Of a stretch of 64,000 nt of DNA, positions 34,665-48,789 are shown in pieces (the stretch's first letter is position 1; each line of letters starts with the position of its first letter). Both the position numbers and the translations under genes were made by a program. Origin of the DNA: Macrostomum lignano (taxonomy: Eukaryota); the NCBI GenBank assembly GCA_002269645.1, contig NIVC01000591.1, positions 310,001 to 374,000 on the forward strand, given 5' to 3'. The notes beneath the pieces were generated by a model. That model ran no database searches and was not told where the DNA came from. It was given only the letters and a program-made list of their open reading frames with translations.

Positions 34665-35606
34665 ATAAAGAGTAAACAGAATAGAAAGCAACCCAGTTGC
34701 TTTTAAGTCTCACACCGCGATGTAATTCGGAAACAAAAAACTGCATTGTCGTTTACTGTGTTGCCGACCTTTTTTGCGCTTATCTTAAAAAAATAGCAGT
34801 ACCATTGCACTGCAAAAAGTCTGGAAAGTGGCAACTTAGCCTGCCAGTTTATACTATCTAATCCTTTTCTCTTTTCGCAAGCGCCCAAATGTAAGGTTGC
34901 GTACATTGTTGCGTACATTGTTGCGTACATTGGCCTGCTTTCTGCATAGCTATCATTGCGGACGGAAATTCCAGGAGAATTAAAACAGTAAGAGCTACGT
35001 GAGCTAGAAGTGTACTGAGGCTGAGGAGAGAAAGTATAAATTTTCAATAATGTACTTCGGAGTGTACTGTGAGCCTTTGTTTCTAGCTGATTCAAGAAAT
35101 TTACTGGAAAAACCGTGAGCTGTTTGGACGTAGCGCTTTATAATTTGCTAGTAGGCAAGGGCCTAGGCAAGCCGTTAATTTGGCAGTGTTGTGAAAACGT
35201 TGACATCTCTGATTTGGCTGCTTTTAAATCACCAAATTTTTAACTCCACTGCATGATCCGATAAGTCAGAGGCATCAGGGTAAGTAATATATATACATAT
35301 ATATATAAATGCATGTAACTCGTAACAAGGCCACAATGTCCTTCTCCAATAACCGATTTTATCTGTGGGTTTTAGTCTGTTTGATTCGTTTCACTGAATT
35401 TAGTGCCAATGCCATCCGTTTGCAGACGTTGTTTCAGCAAAATGCAACCTTAGCAGCTTTTAATTTAATCAGAGATTGAAAACAATCTTGAAAACCATTA
35501 AAAATTTTAGTCTATGGTGAAAACCCGTGCCAATCAAGCCGGCCTGCTTTGTCCTGTAGAACATAATGCTCAAAAATCACTTTTACTTTGTCCATCCGTC
35601 AGAGCC

Positions 35607-38600
35607 ATGGCGGAACCACCTGACCCAGATAGATTCAAAGACCAAAGGATGCTCGAGCTGGTTCGTTTCTTCCAAGACCGTCAACAGTTGGACGACTTCG
35701 AGAGCGGAATTTTGAATCCAGTCAACCGCCTAAAAGACTTAGCAAAGGAAAAGCCACAAATTTTCAAAATCTGCACACTTGGAGTAGATTCCAACTTTGC
35801 TCAAGTTGCAGTGCCAAACGACAGTTCTGACAATGACGCCAGTCCAAAGCACATTTACATGAACAAGAAGATCACGATGGCGTATGGTACTCGCTTTGTG
35901 GTAGAAATCATTGAGTCAAGCAAATTAAGCATCACTAGAGGCATTTTCAGGGGCAGATTGATGGACAAGCCAGCTTATAACATGAAAACTAAAGCGCAAC
36001 TTATGCAGCGACTGCAGAATAAGCCTGACAAGTACAAGGTCTGCCGACTGCACCTGGACGGACCGCAACTCGCCTGGGCCTATCCGCTGTCAGCCGAGGA
36101 TCCGATACAGAAGATTCAGCTGAAAGGGCGCAGCAACAGTGGTAGAGCTTGCGAAGACGACGAGGTAATTGTCAAAGTGCTGGAGGTCGATGAGAACGGA
36201 GTGGAAGCTCATGGCACCGTTGTCGGCATGTGGCGTCAGAATGAGAAGCTAAAGTACAAGCTGTTCGTGTGCGAAGTCATTGAAGACTACGGAACTCTCA
36301 TGAGGCCGCTGTGTGCGAGCGTGCCGAAAATTGGATACGATAACCGATTTGCTATTTGGGAGCATCAGAGAAGAATTCACAAATTCATGACACCCGCCAT
36401 GCTTGAAAGACAGGCTAAAGGAATGCTTTCCTCTTCTCAGATCCTTAGTATGAATCCTCATGAGTTCGCTAATAAAAATTTTGTGTCTGTGTACAGTCCA
36501 GTCGAGGATGACAGCAGCGAGGAAATTGAGTTTGTTGAGGAAAGGTGCGAAAGAATTCTAAAGCATGATTGCGATAAACTGTTCATTGTTTGCTTTGAAG
36601 ATTGGCCAGTCGACCGATGGTACCCGAGAGGCAAAGTCGTGCATGTCGTTTTAAAGGAGCCGTCCTTTTTAAAGACCCTTGATCTGATTCAGGTCAGCCT
36701 CTCGGTGCCACCGCACATCAAACTGACATGCAGTCTGATGACCCGACAGGTAATGGCTATCGAAAGAAGAGTACAGCAAAAGGTGGACCTAAAGTCGGAA
36801 AAAAGAGAAGACTTCAGAAATAATTTGACTGTGACTATTGACGGCCCGGACACGAAGGACATGGATGATGCAATTAGTCTGGCTGTGGCAAAGAACGGCA
36901 AGCTTATTGTCGGTGTACACATTACCGATTTGACCGAGTTTGTAGGTGAGAACACACCAATCGATCGAGAGGCTAGACGTCGAGGCACGACATACTATCC
37001 CAATAAAGGAGCCCAACAAATGGGCGCCCTCACTAATCACATGCTGCCGCGACAGCTCGCTGAAAAATCGATCAGTCTGGTCGAAGGACAGGACAGACGA
37101 TGCATGTCAGTCGTGATTAGCTTGAACGCCAATGGACTTGTAGAGAGTTCCCGAATCTGTCTGACTGTGATCCGATCTGACAAGCGTCTAAACAAAGAGG
37201 ACGTTCAGCGAGTCCTTGACGGCGAGACAGGCGCCTTGGAGCCTCGAATCGAGCAGATGCTGCTCCGGCTATGGTCGGTGACTCGAGATTGGAGACTGGC
37301 AAGACTCGGTCAGGCTGCATTTGTTCGGCAGGAGAACGAGTCGTACCCCGAGACGAGCGCACTTGTAGAGGAGCTGATGCTAGCTGCGAACTCGGCAGTC
37401 GGAGACTTCCTACACAAGCAACGGGATTCTGTTCCAGCTTACCCGATTCGAGTGCAACAGCGACCTCGAGAGATCGACGTGACCCGTTGGATTATGCGGC
37501 ACGGACCGAAGACGACACATTCTGCTGAGCTGAGTCGCGCATTGAAACTCGTCGGTAAGGAGGTCCCGGGCTCGAACATTCCGTTCCAGATGCACAACGA
37601 GGACGCAAAAAATCTTAGGGCGCTCTGTCAACGAGGCGACAACAAAGGTGCATTGTCGCTTTTGTACGACGAGAGACGGTTTCCGCATTTGAAACTGGCG
37701 ATTCGGGACTGGCACGGACTGTGTGAGCTGGCGCAGTACAGTGAGAGCACTTCAGAGAACAGGCTTCATTTCAGTTTGGAAAAGGAAGACTACGTTCACT
37801 TCACAAGTCCGATGCGTCGCTATGCAGATATCATGGTCCACCGAGCACTGCGAGTTTGTCTAAAATCCATTCAATCAGTCGAATGCTCTTATGGATCTGA
37901 TGAAATCTGCAGATTTTTAACTGCCGCTACTATTCGAAATAAACGCTTTAGTCGTCGTAGTAAAGGTTCCGAAACGGCACTTCAGCTTAAAGAGGTGCCG
38001 CAAAGGGTTGTCATCCAAGTGTCGCAACTTGATGAAGACGGGATTGTGTTCAGACACGAGTACCTGGACAGTGAACCAAGACTTGCCAAACTTGTACAGT
38101 ATCGATTCTTAAACCTTTGCGAAAAACCCGAAGAGAAGGAACCAACCATGGCTGTATGCTGCAAATGGAAAGCTCGAATCCTGCTACATACTACTGTAGC
38201 GGCTGAACGGTCTCCGAACGACAGAGTAGGACGCACTGGGGCGCAGACGTGGTGTGATCCAATAAAGGTTGCAAGTTTTTCGTCCGTTACAAGTTTTAGA
38301 CCCACGGAGCTGCTGCGGGCCAAGAATGAGCTTCAGCGTCACAAGTGGGATTATTCAAAGTGCGAATTGTCGAGTAGCAGTCTTCTAGAAGCTGATTTAG
38401 GCGACAGAAGAGGTGTATCGAATGTTTATTCTACACCGGATGGACACGGAAGCGTCGTGAGGTTTTACCGAGACATCCATCTTGGCGACGAAGTAAATGG
38501 TCAGATTGGCGCCATGAGCAATCACGGAATGCTGGTACCGACGCTGAAGCTTATCGAAATTTGCGATACCTTTGCTATCTGCCTTGCGCATCGGCGCCGT

Positions 38601-41600
38601 CCTGTGGACAGTTTTGAGCACGCGTTGCGTCACTACATTAAAGTAGTTTACCAGGATATTGACGAGTACGTTAAAATCTGGCAAAACTTTGTTGCCATGG
38701 AAGCAGCTACAGTGTCAGTCAGCAACAACGAAGCGTTTGTTCTTTGCGAAGTGCCAATTGTGTGGAGACAGGACAAACGGAATAACAGATGGCTGGGAAT
38801 GTTCAACTTGACTTCCAACTTTTGCAGCGCGAACAACTTGAGCTTCACCGACTCGGTTGTTACTGAGGAACTGAAATCATGGAGAAAGAAGCTCGAAAAG
38901 ACAAGGAAAAATTCTGAAAAGCGCGTGAAGGATGTTACAGACGCTGTTTTTACTGCCGCACAACGCATTACTCGATACTCCGAGTACATCTGTCTCCGAG
39001 CCAATATCCGCAACGAGTACACTTGGATTGGCCATGGTGGAGTCCTACTCGTATTTGATGGCCTCCACTGCCGATCTAACCGGTGCAACGACAAGTCCGT
39101 GCACTTCTGCAACTTCGTAGTGTTCCACCTCAACGAGGTCAGCCCAGGTGACAGCGCTCCACAGGAGACTCTGACCAACGCTACCATTGAAATCGTGATG
39201 AAGTTCTTACCAATAAGGCGACACGAGTTGGTGCTGCAGGCGATGCGGCATCAGCGCGGAATCAACGCTGCAGACGCCCTGGTCCGTTGGGACGAGCAGA
39301 AAAATGCCGAAGGAGGTAAGGAAATGAAATGAGATTCGCAGGTTACTTAAGGAATTATTCAAACAACAAATACCAATTGATCTGTGTCCCCTTTCTTCTA
39401 TACATCGGTTCAATTGTTTTACATTTTGATCCCGTATTAATATTTTTTGACAGTTTAAGAAAGGGTCTTCTGAGTGTAATCTATAGAATCACGTTTATAG
39501 TCAGTCATTTTTGCCTTTCAGTCGACTTCTTGATCTACAAAAATACTTTAGTGGAAAACAGCATCAGGTCCTATGATATTCGCGTCGGGAATGAGAACGC
39601 AGGGCAGAATCTTCGATTGGTTCCCTGCAATGATTGCCAAAGACAAGCTCTGGAAACCGCAATCAAAAAGCGTATTTCTCTTATCTGGGGACCTCCTGGT
39701 GAGCATAGAAACAATTCTGAAAATTATTTTGTGAGGTGCGTTTGCTATTATACTCAAGATTCTCGCTGGTTGCACAAATTAAAAAGTACTCAGTAGATGT
39801 ATCACTTTTGTAAATTTTTAAGTGCAACTAAATTTCATATCCAGCTAGCGTGAAATTGCATCGCATACTTGCAGTTGCAGTACGCATTTCAAACGTTCAT
39901 CAAGTAAAAGCCACTTGTAAATAAAACAATTAAATGCCTAGCTAATCACAACAAGCTAATGTACATCAAGGGTAGACACTTTGAGAGACAGATTTTCCGG
40001 CAAACATTTGTTTGTGTACGGAAAACAGAAGCTGTTCTCTCACTGATGGTATACCTTTAAACACTTTTAGGCACTGGGAAAACAACAACAGGTGTAATGC
40101 TCATCTTCTGGTTCGTTTTCATCAATCGTAACCGGAAGGATGCTATGCCTGCCCCAGATATTATTCTCCCGAACGATGACGACGAAGAATATAACGAATT
40201 CGAAGACACACAGTACAGCGATGATGAGGAAGATGAGGAACAAGATGTTCAGGACGTATTTGAAGAAACGGAAGGTCTTCTACCTGAGTTTGAAGATAGG
40301 AAAGATGCCGTTGATGCTGAATTAACCAGAGCTAACAGAGATGGCTTCGAAGAAGTAGTTTATCGCCGGAAAAGTAGGCGTCGATTGTCATGCTCGACTT
40401 CAGCTAAGACTTTATCGGATAGCCGCAGATGGAATCCGCAACCGATCCGCAAATGTCAAAGTCGACGCCAGATCCTGTGCTGCGGACCGTCGAATCGATC
40501 GGTCGACGTCATCATCGAGGCGTCTCGGGACTTGCTGGCCGACAAGTGTCCCTCAATGGTTCGAGTTTACAGCGAGCAGGTAGAGCGAATGCACTACCCC
40601 GTGCCCGGAGAGATTTCGACGGCCGATGAAGTGTCGCCTGCAATGAGGCGCTTCGCACTGCACGAGCTCATTCGCAGCGAGAACAGCGACGACGCCTACA
40701 TCATTGGCGGGTTCGATGACGCGTTCAAACTGTTTATTGGAAGCAAGACTGAGGCTCCGGTTACCATGGAAGCAGCAATCAAAACCGCAGCCGGAAGAAA
40801 CCCTCGGTTCGATAGGTTCATTCGAAACAATCGACTGCGATCGAGACGTCGAGGCGCGTTGGAGCTCGCCGAGGAGGAGGCGGGAGAAGACGCACTCGTC
40901 CAGGGATGCGTGAAGCTTTACAAAGACAAAGTGCAAAAATCGAAAGAGCGGGTGCTGCAAAACTTCGACGTCGTACTTTGCACGACTTCCGTCAGCTGCA
41001 GTTCTGTGCTGCAGCGCGCTTGTCGATTCGTTCAGATCATCATCGACGAAGCTGGAATGTGCACTCAGCCTGAGCTTCTTGTTCCTATTGTTGGTAGATT
41101 ATCTACTGAAATATCCGTTCCATCTAGCTTGGGAGCCAGCAATCAAGCTTTCAGTAGAAAGCCAGCATCCCAGTATGCGGAGAGAGTCGTGCTGATCGGC
41201 GACCACAAGCAGCTCGCTCCAATCATTCAGAACAAGACGGCGGCAGAGTTGGGTCTGAGCAGGACGTTTCTCGAGATGCACTGCCTCGACTCGGTCATGC
41301 TCAATCAGCAGTACAGAATGGTGAGTCGCATGTAAAAAGCAGTCACATTACATAAACTCTGCGTGAAGTAGTGTAGTTAATACCTTTATTGCCTTCATGT
41401 CCAATGCATGTATTTTCAGCATCCGAGCTTAGCGGACTTTCCGTCGAAGCGTTTCTACACAGTGAAAGACTCCGGAGGTCTGCGCACCCAGCCGTCCAAG
41501 TCCTGGACGGGTGTCTTGGATGCCGAGACCCGAACTCAAGGCAACGCTAGTTGGACTGGGCTGAACTGGCATCGACTGGCTAAGCATGACTTGTTCGACA

Positions 41601-42545
41601 GTCGCGGTGCCAACGGAGTCAGAAGGCACGGTCTCTTGACTCAGCGCAACGCGAACGTCCTTCACGGATGTTGGCCTGGTGTAAGACGCAATAAGCCTTT
41701 TGACACATTGCCCGATGTTCCAGCTAAGGATTTTCACCCCATGGGAGAGGAGGAGAGAATCGTCTTCCTGCACATCCAGGGCCACGAGGAGAGAACACTC
41801 GTGGCCACCGAGGACGGTCGCGAAGACTCATACAAGAACGAGCTGGAGATCGACACTGTGGTGAGTTTCGTTGATGACAGACCGAAGAACTCTAGTGATC
41901 GAACTCTTGAATATTTATACTTACCAGTAGAATTTCTGTGTTTGGTGTGTAGGTTCGAGTCTACAAGGAGATTCACAATCGGCTCAGTGGAGACGACAAG
42001 AAGGATCCTCGCAGGTGCATCGCGGTGATGTCCCAGTACAAGTACCAGGTGTCCGAGATCACGCGGCGCTTGAAGGAGGAAAACCTGGCGATGCCAACGG
42101 TGAACACGGTGATCGCCTGTCAGGGCAGCGAGTTCGCGTACGTGCTGCTGAGTCTGGTCCGCTCTATGCCGGACTATGACATCGAGGCGAACCCGCTGCC
42201 CGGCTGGGAGAGGAAGTTCCTGGGCTTCATCACTGACGAGAACCAGACCAACGTAGCGCTGACGAGAGCTCAGCGAGGCCTCGTCATTGTTGGTGAGGAT
42301 CTTAGCCAATGTTTATACATGACACGTGACCGTTCGTGTGTGCATCATAATCTTTCAATATTTTCATGCCCTGAGCAAACCTTTGACGCCGCTGCTCAGG
42401 TAACCGCAAGCTGTTGCGTCGCGATCCAAATTGGTCTTACCTGTTGCACGATCTCAAGGAGCGAGGCTGCATTCCGAAATCTGCCGCTGACTTCCCAAAT
42501 AAGACGGGGGACAAGAGATTCTTGACAAGAACTGGGAAGTGGTGA
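35607..42545 (+). CDS. HELZ2-like RNB exoribonuclease-SF1B helicase, copy B (2020 aa). Exons 35607-39315, 39522-39698, 40071-41320, 41420-41860, 41953-42292, 42400-42545
   Basis: Same RNB and helicase motifs and identical intron phases as copy A. ATG 35607 aligns with the copy A start. An in-frame upstream ATG at 35514 is an alternative. Confidence 0.9.
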
Positions 42546-43419
42546 ACTTAAAAACATTTTGACAAAAGATACAACGTTTATTGTGAGATTTTAAGCAAGT
42601 TAATATAATATTTTGCATTGTTGTGTTGTGGAAATCAATTTTTAAATGCCTACCATTGACATCCCATGTCCCGCTGGAAAATATTTGGCAGCGTCGACAC
42701 GGTGACGTTTCGCGACGACAGGAAGAGAGCGACAGCCTTGTTGTCGATTAAGACTCGATCAAACATCAATCTATATAAATATTGAATTGCTTTTATTGGA
42801 CGAGAATACCTGTAAATGGAAAGTAATCGTAACACTTGAATTTTGTCTAAAAAAGAATTTAAACAGTGAAAAAATTGATTGGTCGAGATGGCAATGGTGA
42901 CGACAGGGTGCTAGATGTTTTCCAGCGGGAATATTTTTTATTGTGTCCTGTTCCTGTTGTGTCAATCTCAAGATGATTAGTTTGTAAATCGTTTTTATTC
43001 TCTGTGCCGTTTTTGTCTTTTAGGTGAATCTTATTAGTCTCTGACGTTTTGAAGTGCTTGGCTTATGCTGGCGTCTTAGGTTGGGTTGAGCTGATCGAGT
43101 TTAAATATTTTCAGTGTATGCCTCATACTCGTAAAGTACGAAATGACTTTACTTACGCGCCCGTAACAGATAATAATTTTGCAAAAAATTAAATTCTGTA
43201 TTCGTATTTAGCCTTCTTTAATCAATTGTATTTCATTTACAATGGATTAATAAACTTTATATAAACCAGCTTTTTGTCACGGTACATAGGGCAAACCTCA
43301 TGATGTAATGTAGCTAGCTCTCAGGAAATTACGAGCGTACGTGCGACATGTATATAGCAACGTTGCAACGCTCATACACGATTGTTTAATACGCCCTTAA
43401 TCCTCCATTAATTAGCTAC

Positions 43420-43784
43420 CAGGGGCGTCGCCACCGGGGGGACAGAGGGGACATGTCCCCCCCCCCCAGTAAAAGTTATGGGGGGACATGCCAATGCTTT
43501 GTCCCCCCACCCCACCTTTGTTGACCTCTTTGTTGTTGACCTGTTCTGGAAAACAAAAATTTTGCTTCAGGGCGACAAAACATGGCGCCTGCGGACCAAA
43601 ATGGTGCCTGCGGCGCTAAAATGAGTGCCTGCGGATCTAAAATGAGTGCCTGCGGATCTAAAATGATCGCTGACAACACTCTGATTCTGAAAATAATGAA
43701 ACATGTAGGAATTTAGTAATGTACATGTAAATGTCGAATTCTTGACTTTGTCCCCCCACCATAAAATCCATGGCGACGCCACTG
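43420..43784. mobile_element. hAT-type MITE (365 bp)
   Basis: TIRs CAGGGGCGTCGCCA / TGGCGACGCCACTG (13/14 match) and a perfect 8-bp TSD TTAGCTAC (43412-43419, 43785-43792). Contains a short internal tandem repeat. Confidence 0.9.
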
Positions 43785-44328
43785 TTAGCTACACTTTATA
43801 GTTGCAGACCAAAGTGGCCTTGACAAAACAATGTGCTACTATGCCTCCTATAGGCCGCAGATCCTAAAACTCTTTTTATAGCACATCACATCTCGGTGTG
43901 GCGCAATTCTTTTTGAGTCGAAGATCTCTGGTTACGTTTTCTCAAAATGCGGATATTCCTGATCATAAATCAACGCGTCTATGTATATTGTATAGCTTTG
44001 ATCGTTTTGCCTCGATTCTTGTTGTTCCACACAATTTCATGGCCGCTAAAATATTACACTTCTTTCGTATTTGTAGCTGATGTTAAGTTCATCACTATTG
44101 TAAATGAATACCGGTTTTTTATTTTTTATTTTATCTTGTGCACATTTATCCGATGACGATGGTAACTTCTATATAACAGCAGCATACAGTGTAACACGAA
44201 GTAAAAAAGCATGCCGACGACTCGATGTCATTGTCTTAACATTACGTATACGCGATTTACCAAAAGTACGTAGTGCTCGTAAAATCAAACAAGAACTTTT
44301 ACTAGTTCTAGTTTCGCCTTCGCTAGTT

Positions 44329-46595
44329 CTAGAGACGCCTGCGCTGCGAAAAATTAAGCAGTGTGGTGCGCATTTCCTCACACTTTTCCGCCGGCACACT
44401 AAGAACTCCACGGACAGTATCAATCTGCACACCGAGATACACCAAGCATTGCGTAGGTTCAACCACTTTGTTCCAATTGACACCAAAACCTAACTGGCGA
44501 ACCAGCTTCATCAGCTCTTTTAGAGCATCCATGCACTCTTCCTCGCTCTCGGCCGCAACCAGAAAATCATCCAGGTAAACCGAAATAGTAGCCACGCCGC
44601 GTCGCACCATCATCCTCTTGACCGCTTGAGTAAGCCGGTAGAAGATCTCGACCGAGGCGCAGCTACCAAAGGGTAGCCGGGTGTCGACAAGCCATGTCAG
44701 ATCACGGTTGCCTTTAAAGCACCAACCAATGCCGGTCGTCTGGTAATCATCCAACATGTTCACGCGAGAGAACTTCACGGGGAGACGCGTTTTCCCGTCG
44801 TGTGTGCACGCATGTCTTCCCATGCGACATGGAGGCACGCGGCGTGTGCCTGCATGTCGCATGGGAAGACACTCGTGGCCATGCCGGGATTCCTGCGTGA
44901 ATCATATGGGAAGGGTGCATAGTGTCCGGATGGATCGCCACACTTCTGTAAGCTTGCGACAAATCAAGCTTCGCCATGAACCAGCCCTTGCCGATAGAGG
45001 CTGCAACCTTCTTGACGGACTCAAACCTGGGGCTCAGCTTCTTCGTATAATTGTCATTTACCTAGTAGCCCGGAGGCGTGCTGCAGTCATGAATAAGTCT
45101 AATCTTCCCGTTATCCTTGGGAATAGCTCCCAGAGGGCTGATCATCGTAGGCTTCTTATGCACAACCAAGTACCTGCCATTCTCAATCTCTTCCTTAATT
45201 TGCAGCTCAACAGCGCGATGAAAAGCAGAAGTAGACATGTAATTGGCATTAAAAGTCTCATAAAGCCCTTTTCCATCAGTAATGCGAAAACCATTTGCGA
45301 TGCCGTCTAGGATAAAATCCCGATCAGGGTCATTTCTCAAGTTCAGAATCCCACGATCAAAGACGCAGGTGACCCCTGCACTGCCAACGACAGGATTGTT
45401 AAAATTTAAAACAGGCTGAGCATTAGGCAAACATTTAGGATTAAAACAGAGCATCGCAGAGTTCAGTTTTTTGTTGAATGGTTGGCCTCAGGGTGGGCCT
45501 CAAAACAGATGCGGCAGACGTGCCGGAATTTGCAGCTCGACCGGAAGCACCCCCGGCGATTAAAGTGCAAGCAGATCTCTTCCCCGTCTGGCGTTCTGAG
45601 GCTCTTGGGGTCTATTGGTTTTTGAAAACGCTGCTGCCGTGGCTGGGGCAATGACTTGCTGACTTCCATGGTTTGCTGGAGTTCCAGTTCTGATTAAGTG
45701 CTTAGCAACGAGTTGGAAAGACTCCTTGCCCCATCGCATGCCAGTTTCAGCTTGCCTAGTGCGGTAGTCCTCGTCAAAACGGTTCACCTGCGCAAGGCCG
45801 AAGCCCGCATTAAACAGCTCGCCACTCTGTATTGAGTAGCGTAGGTAATTCATCAAATCAGTCGTGTCGACGGTTCCATTTCTACTAGTCACCAGGGCAC
45901 CATCCTTGATCATCTGCATCATCAGCCTGCAATTGCCTACCAAATACTGCGCTGCTGTGATGCTATCTGGATTAGGTTTTCTGCTCTTGTAAGTGATTCG
46001 GCCACCAGAACCATTAGCCAGCACCTCTTCCTGCTCAAAGCCGTCGAGGAAATCACGAATCAGGAGAGCCTTACGTCTACGGCTCGTACCAGAACACTCC
46101 ATCCGTTCATTGGCTCTGTTCCATGACAAAAATCTATCGAGCAGCTCATTGCCATTATCTTCCTGGTCTAATCCAGCATCATCGCACCCATCAGGAAAGT
46201 AACTGGGGCCAGCAGGCTTGGCACACTCACCGCGATTCATAGGACGCGTGGATCATGGACACTTGCGCTGCAGATCTCCGATCTTCCTCTTGAGTTGAGC
46301 GGCTTCCTTGCGTAGTTGCAACAGTCTGCATGATCTCCTTTTCTGCCTTCGCGATGTTCTCGTCCAGGCCCGCCGCCGACTCCCGAGCCGCCTCCGTACT
46401 GATGTTGTCTGCATCGGCTTCTTGCTCATATTGCTCCATGTTCTGCAATAGCGAATCTGTCCACGACTGGTCTGGGGCTGCGAGCAAAGCGCTGACTAGG
46501 TCGGCCTTTTTGCCCCGACTGCTTATGTTAGCGTGGGCACACAAGGCTTGCAGAGCCACCTTGCTCAGGTGCATAAGTTTGTCACGGTCAGCCAT
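44329..46595 (-). mobile_element. Degenerate DIRS/Ngaro-type (tyrosine-recombinase class) retrotransposon fragment: SAP-gag, CCCH-type finger, reverse transcriptase
   Basis: 46595-46227 SAP-like N-terminus. 46240-45560 gag-like region. 45669-45463 C-x7-C-x4-C-x3-H finger (ICLHFNRRGCFRSSCKFRH). RT motifs SPLGAIPK..GKIRLIHD, AKLDLSQAYRSV, LPFG, VYLDDFL and YLGVQID. Lesions: in-frame TAG at ~45062, frameshifts in gag, a 172-bp insertion, and truncation before RNase H/YR. Confidence 0.8.
44753..44924. mobile_element. 172-bp hairpin-containing insertion in the RT, flanked by a TCC direct repeat
   Basis: Removing it plus one TCC restores the in-frame RT sequence IHPDDYQTTG. One end reads CACTA (minus strand). 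Confidence 0.7.
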
Positions 46596-47824
46596 TGCAA
46601 AAAATCAATACGCGCTTGGCGGGTCAGCGACAGCCCGCATCGCATTAAATAAATGCCACTCAAGCCGCGGGCACGTGACCAAGGCCCGGCCCACCACCCC
46701 CGCACCAACGCCCAAGAGCCACACCCCACTGGTTTAACACCCAACCAAGCTACGTCCGGTCGGACGACACAACTTGCCAAGCGAAAAAATGCGTTAAGGT
46801 GTCATCGAAATATAAGTAAGAGTCGAGCGAGTTACACGTAGGATTATACCCTCGAATATAGAAAATAGGAAACAAAACAAGGTTAATTCAACGGTAGCAA
46901 CGGTAACTGTACATACACTGTACACATCACTGAAATTAACCTTGCATAAAATTAACTAAAAAACCAGCTGCACTAAACAAAAACAAATAAACAACAAAAT
47001 AAAAATAAAAAATAAAAATTTTTATGGCATTAAAAAACCTATATTAGTAACCGAAAAAACAATTTTATCGCTTTTAAAATCATCGTGCTATGCCTACTTT
47101 TGTTTTAACTAAGTGTCTATTCAATTGTCTAGTTTTCTAAGAACATACGTCTTCAAATGTTACCTGTTACAATGTTGCTCCGTTTCCATGTTGCTCCGTT
47201 TCTCTTCTATTATGATTTAATTTTACTGCTGCACCATGCTATTACAATGGTTACTAAGTAACATTCTTACTACTTATGTATTTTTATTGGTGTTTCATAT
47301 ATATACAGATATTAGGTAGGCCTATTAGTAGTGCATTAATGTAGTACTGGTAATGTATACTTATCTACTGGTAGCATATGTACTATTTCCTGGTCAGAGC
47401 AGTCATTGTCACTGTTTACCCTATTGCTATAGCTCTAATATATTCCTTTAAAGGGATTTATCTTAGACTAGGCATTCCTGGGATCATACTGCTCATATTG
47501 TGTTAAGGCAATTTATACTGCTCTAAGGCAAATTACTTCAGAATACTAAGATATATCTTGTTTTTTTAACTGTTCTTAGTTCTCCCAATGGGTTTCTAAG
47601 GAAATGAACAATCTTTGAAAACTGCAAGTAGTGAATTTGATTAACTTTCCAAAGAACAATAGATATACCATGTTATTTCAAGATATTTATCTTGATTTTT
47701 CAAGATATTTATAATTTTAGCAATAATTCAAATACAGTATTTTCTACAAAATAGCAGGCTATAAATGTGGCACTATAAAAAGAATATAAAACAAGTACCG
47801 TATTACTACTGAGTGCATCAGTTA

Positions 47825-48655
47825 CCAGGGAAAAATATTTAAAATCTATGTAATTAACATACTAAAACAGAAAAACTAAAAGCTAATAAAAAATTCAAAA
47901 TAATCTAAATTTTGCCAGATTTTTTCTGCTTATAGTTCATAAACAACTTCCTATTCACTTGCAATTTAACAATGGAACACAAATGTATTGCTATAGTTGA
48001 ACTTATCAACTGTGGAAACACCAACTCAAATTTCAAAATCTCTTGGAGTCTCTGTTTATGCTACAAAGTGGTTAAAGCTGGCTAGAGTATCAAAGCTGTT
48101 GAGAAAACAAAGTACAGCAATGCAATGGGCTGCAACTTCTTAGTGTGGTTGCCATCGACGGTCAAGTTGCTCCACCAATCTTCCTCGATCAAGGTAAACG
48201 ATTCAATGCTGCTAAGTATGTGGATATTTTGCATTGGCACATCCTTCCATGGGCTCCATCTGGCATCAGGATGGAGCTCCGGCTCACACTGCGTGCGCGA
48301 CCCAAGAGTTCTTAAGAGCTGAGGCACCAGACTTCTGGCCAAAGGATTTGTGGCCACCACACTCACCAGACCTCTTACCACTGGACCATGGCATATGGCT
48401 GCACCTCAAAGCCAGGGCCTATGCTAGACGCCATGAAAATGTTGCGGTTCTGCGATGCTTTGTTCAGCAGAAGTGGCAGGCAATGCCTTGAGACTTTGTC
48501 TAGTGCATATGCTCTGCATTCAGAAGTCGTCTGAACAGTTATTGAAGCTGGTAGTGAAGTATAATAATACAATGAACTATAAGATAATTTAGTTCTAAGT
48601 GACTAACTGTAACACATTCTTAAATACACAACGTTTTGTCATACCAGTTCCCTGG
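47825..48655 (+). mobile_element. Tc1/mariner (DD37D, maT-type) transposase remnant
   Basis: 48140-48491 encodes frameshifted VVAIDG..PPIFLDQG..FNAAKYVDIL and HQDGAPAH...WPPHSPDLLPLD, with 37 residues between the last two catalytic Asp. Ends are tentative (TA|CCAGGGAA ... TTCCCTGG|TA, only an 8-bp match). Confidence 0.75.
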
Positions 48656-48789
48656 TATGTAGCGCACCCGGGTGTTATAGCAAAGGTGCACTACCTCAAG
48701 TATAGAATATATAGCTTTATTAGTTAAATAATTGCATCAAAACTGAAGGATATCATATAATCTTATAATTCCAGCTTTGATTTTGCAAC

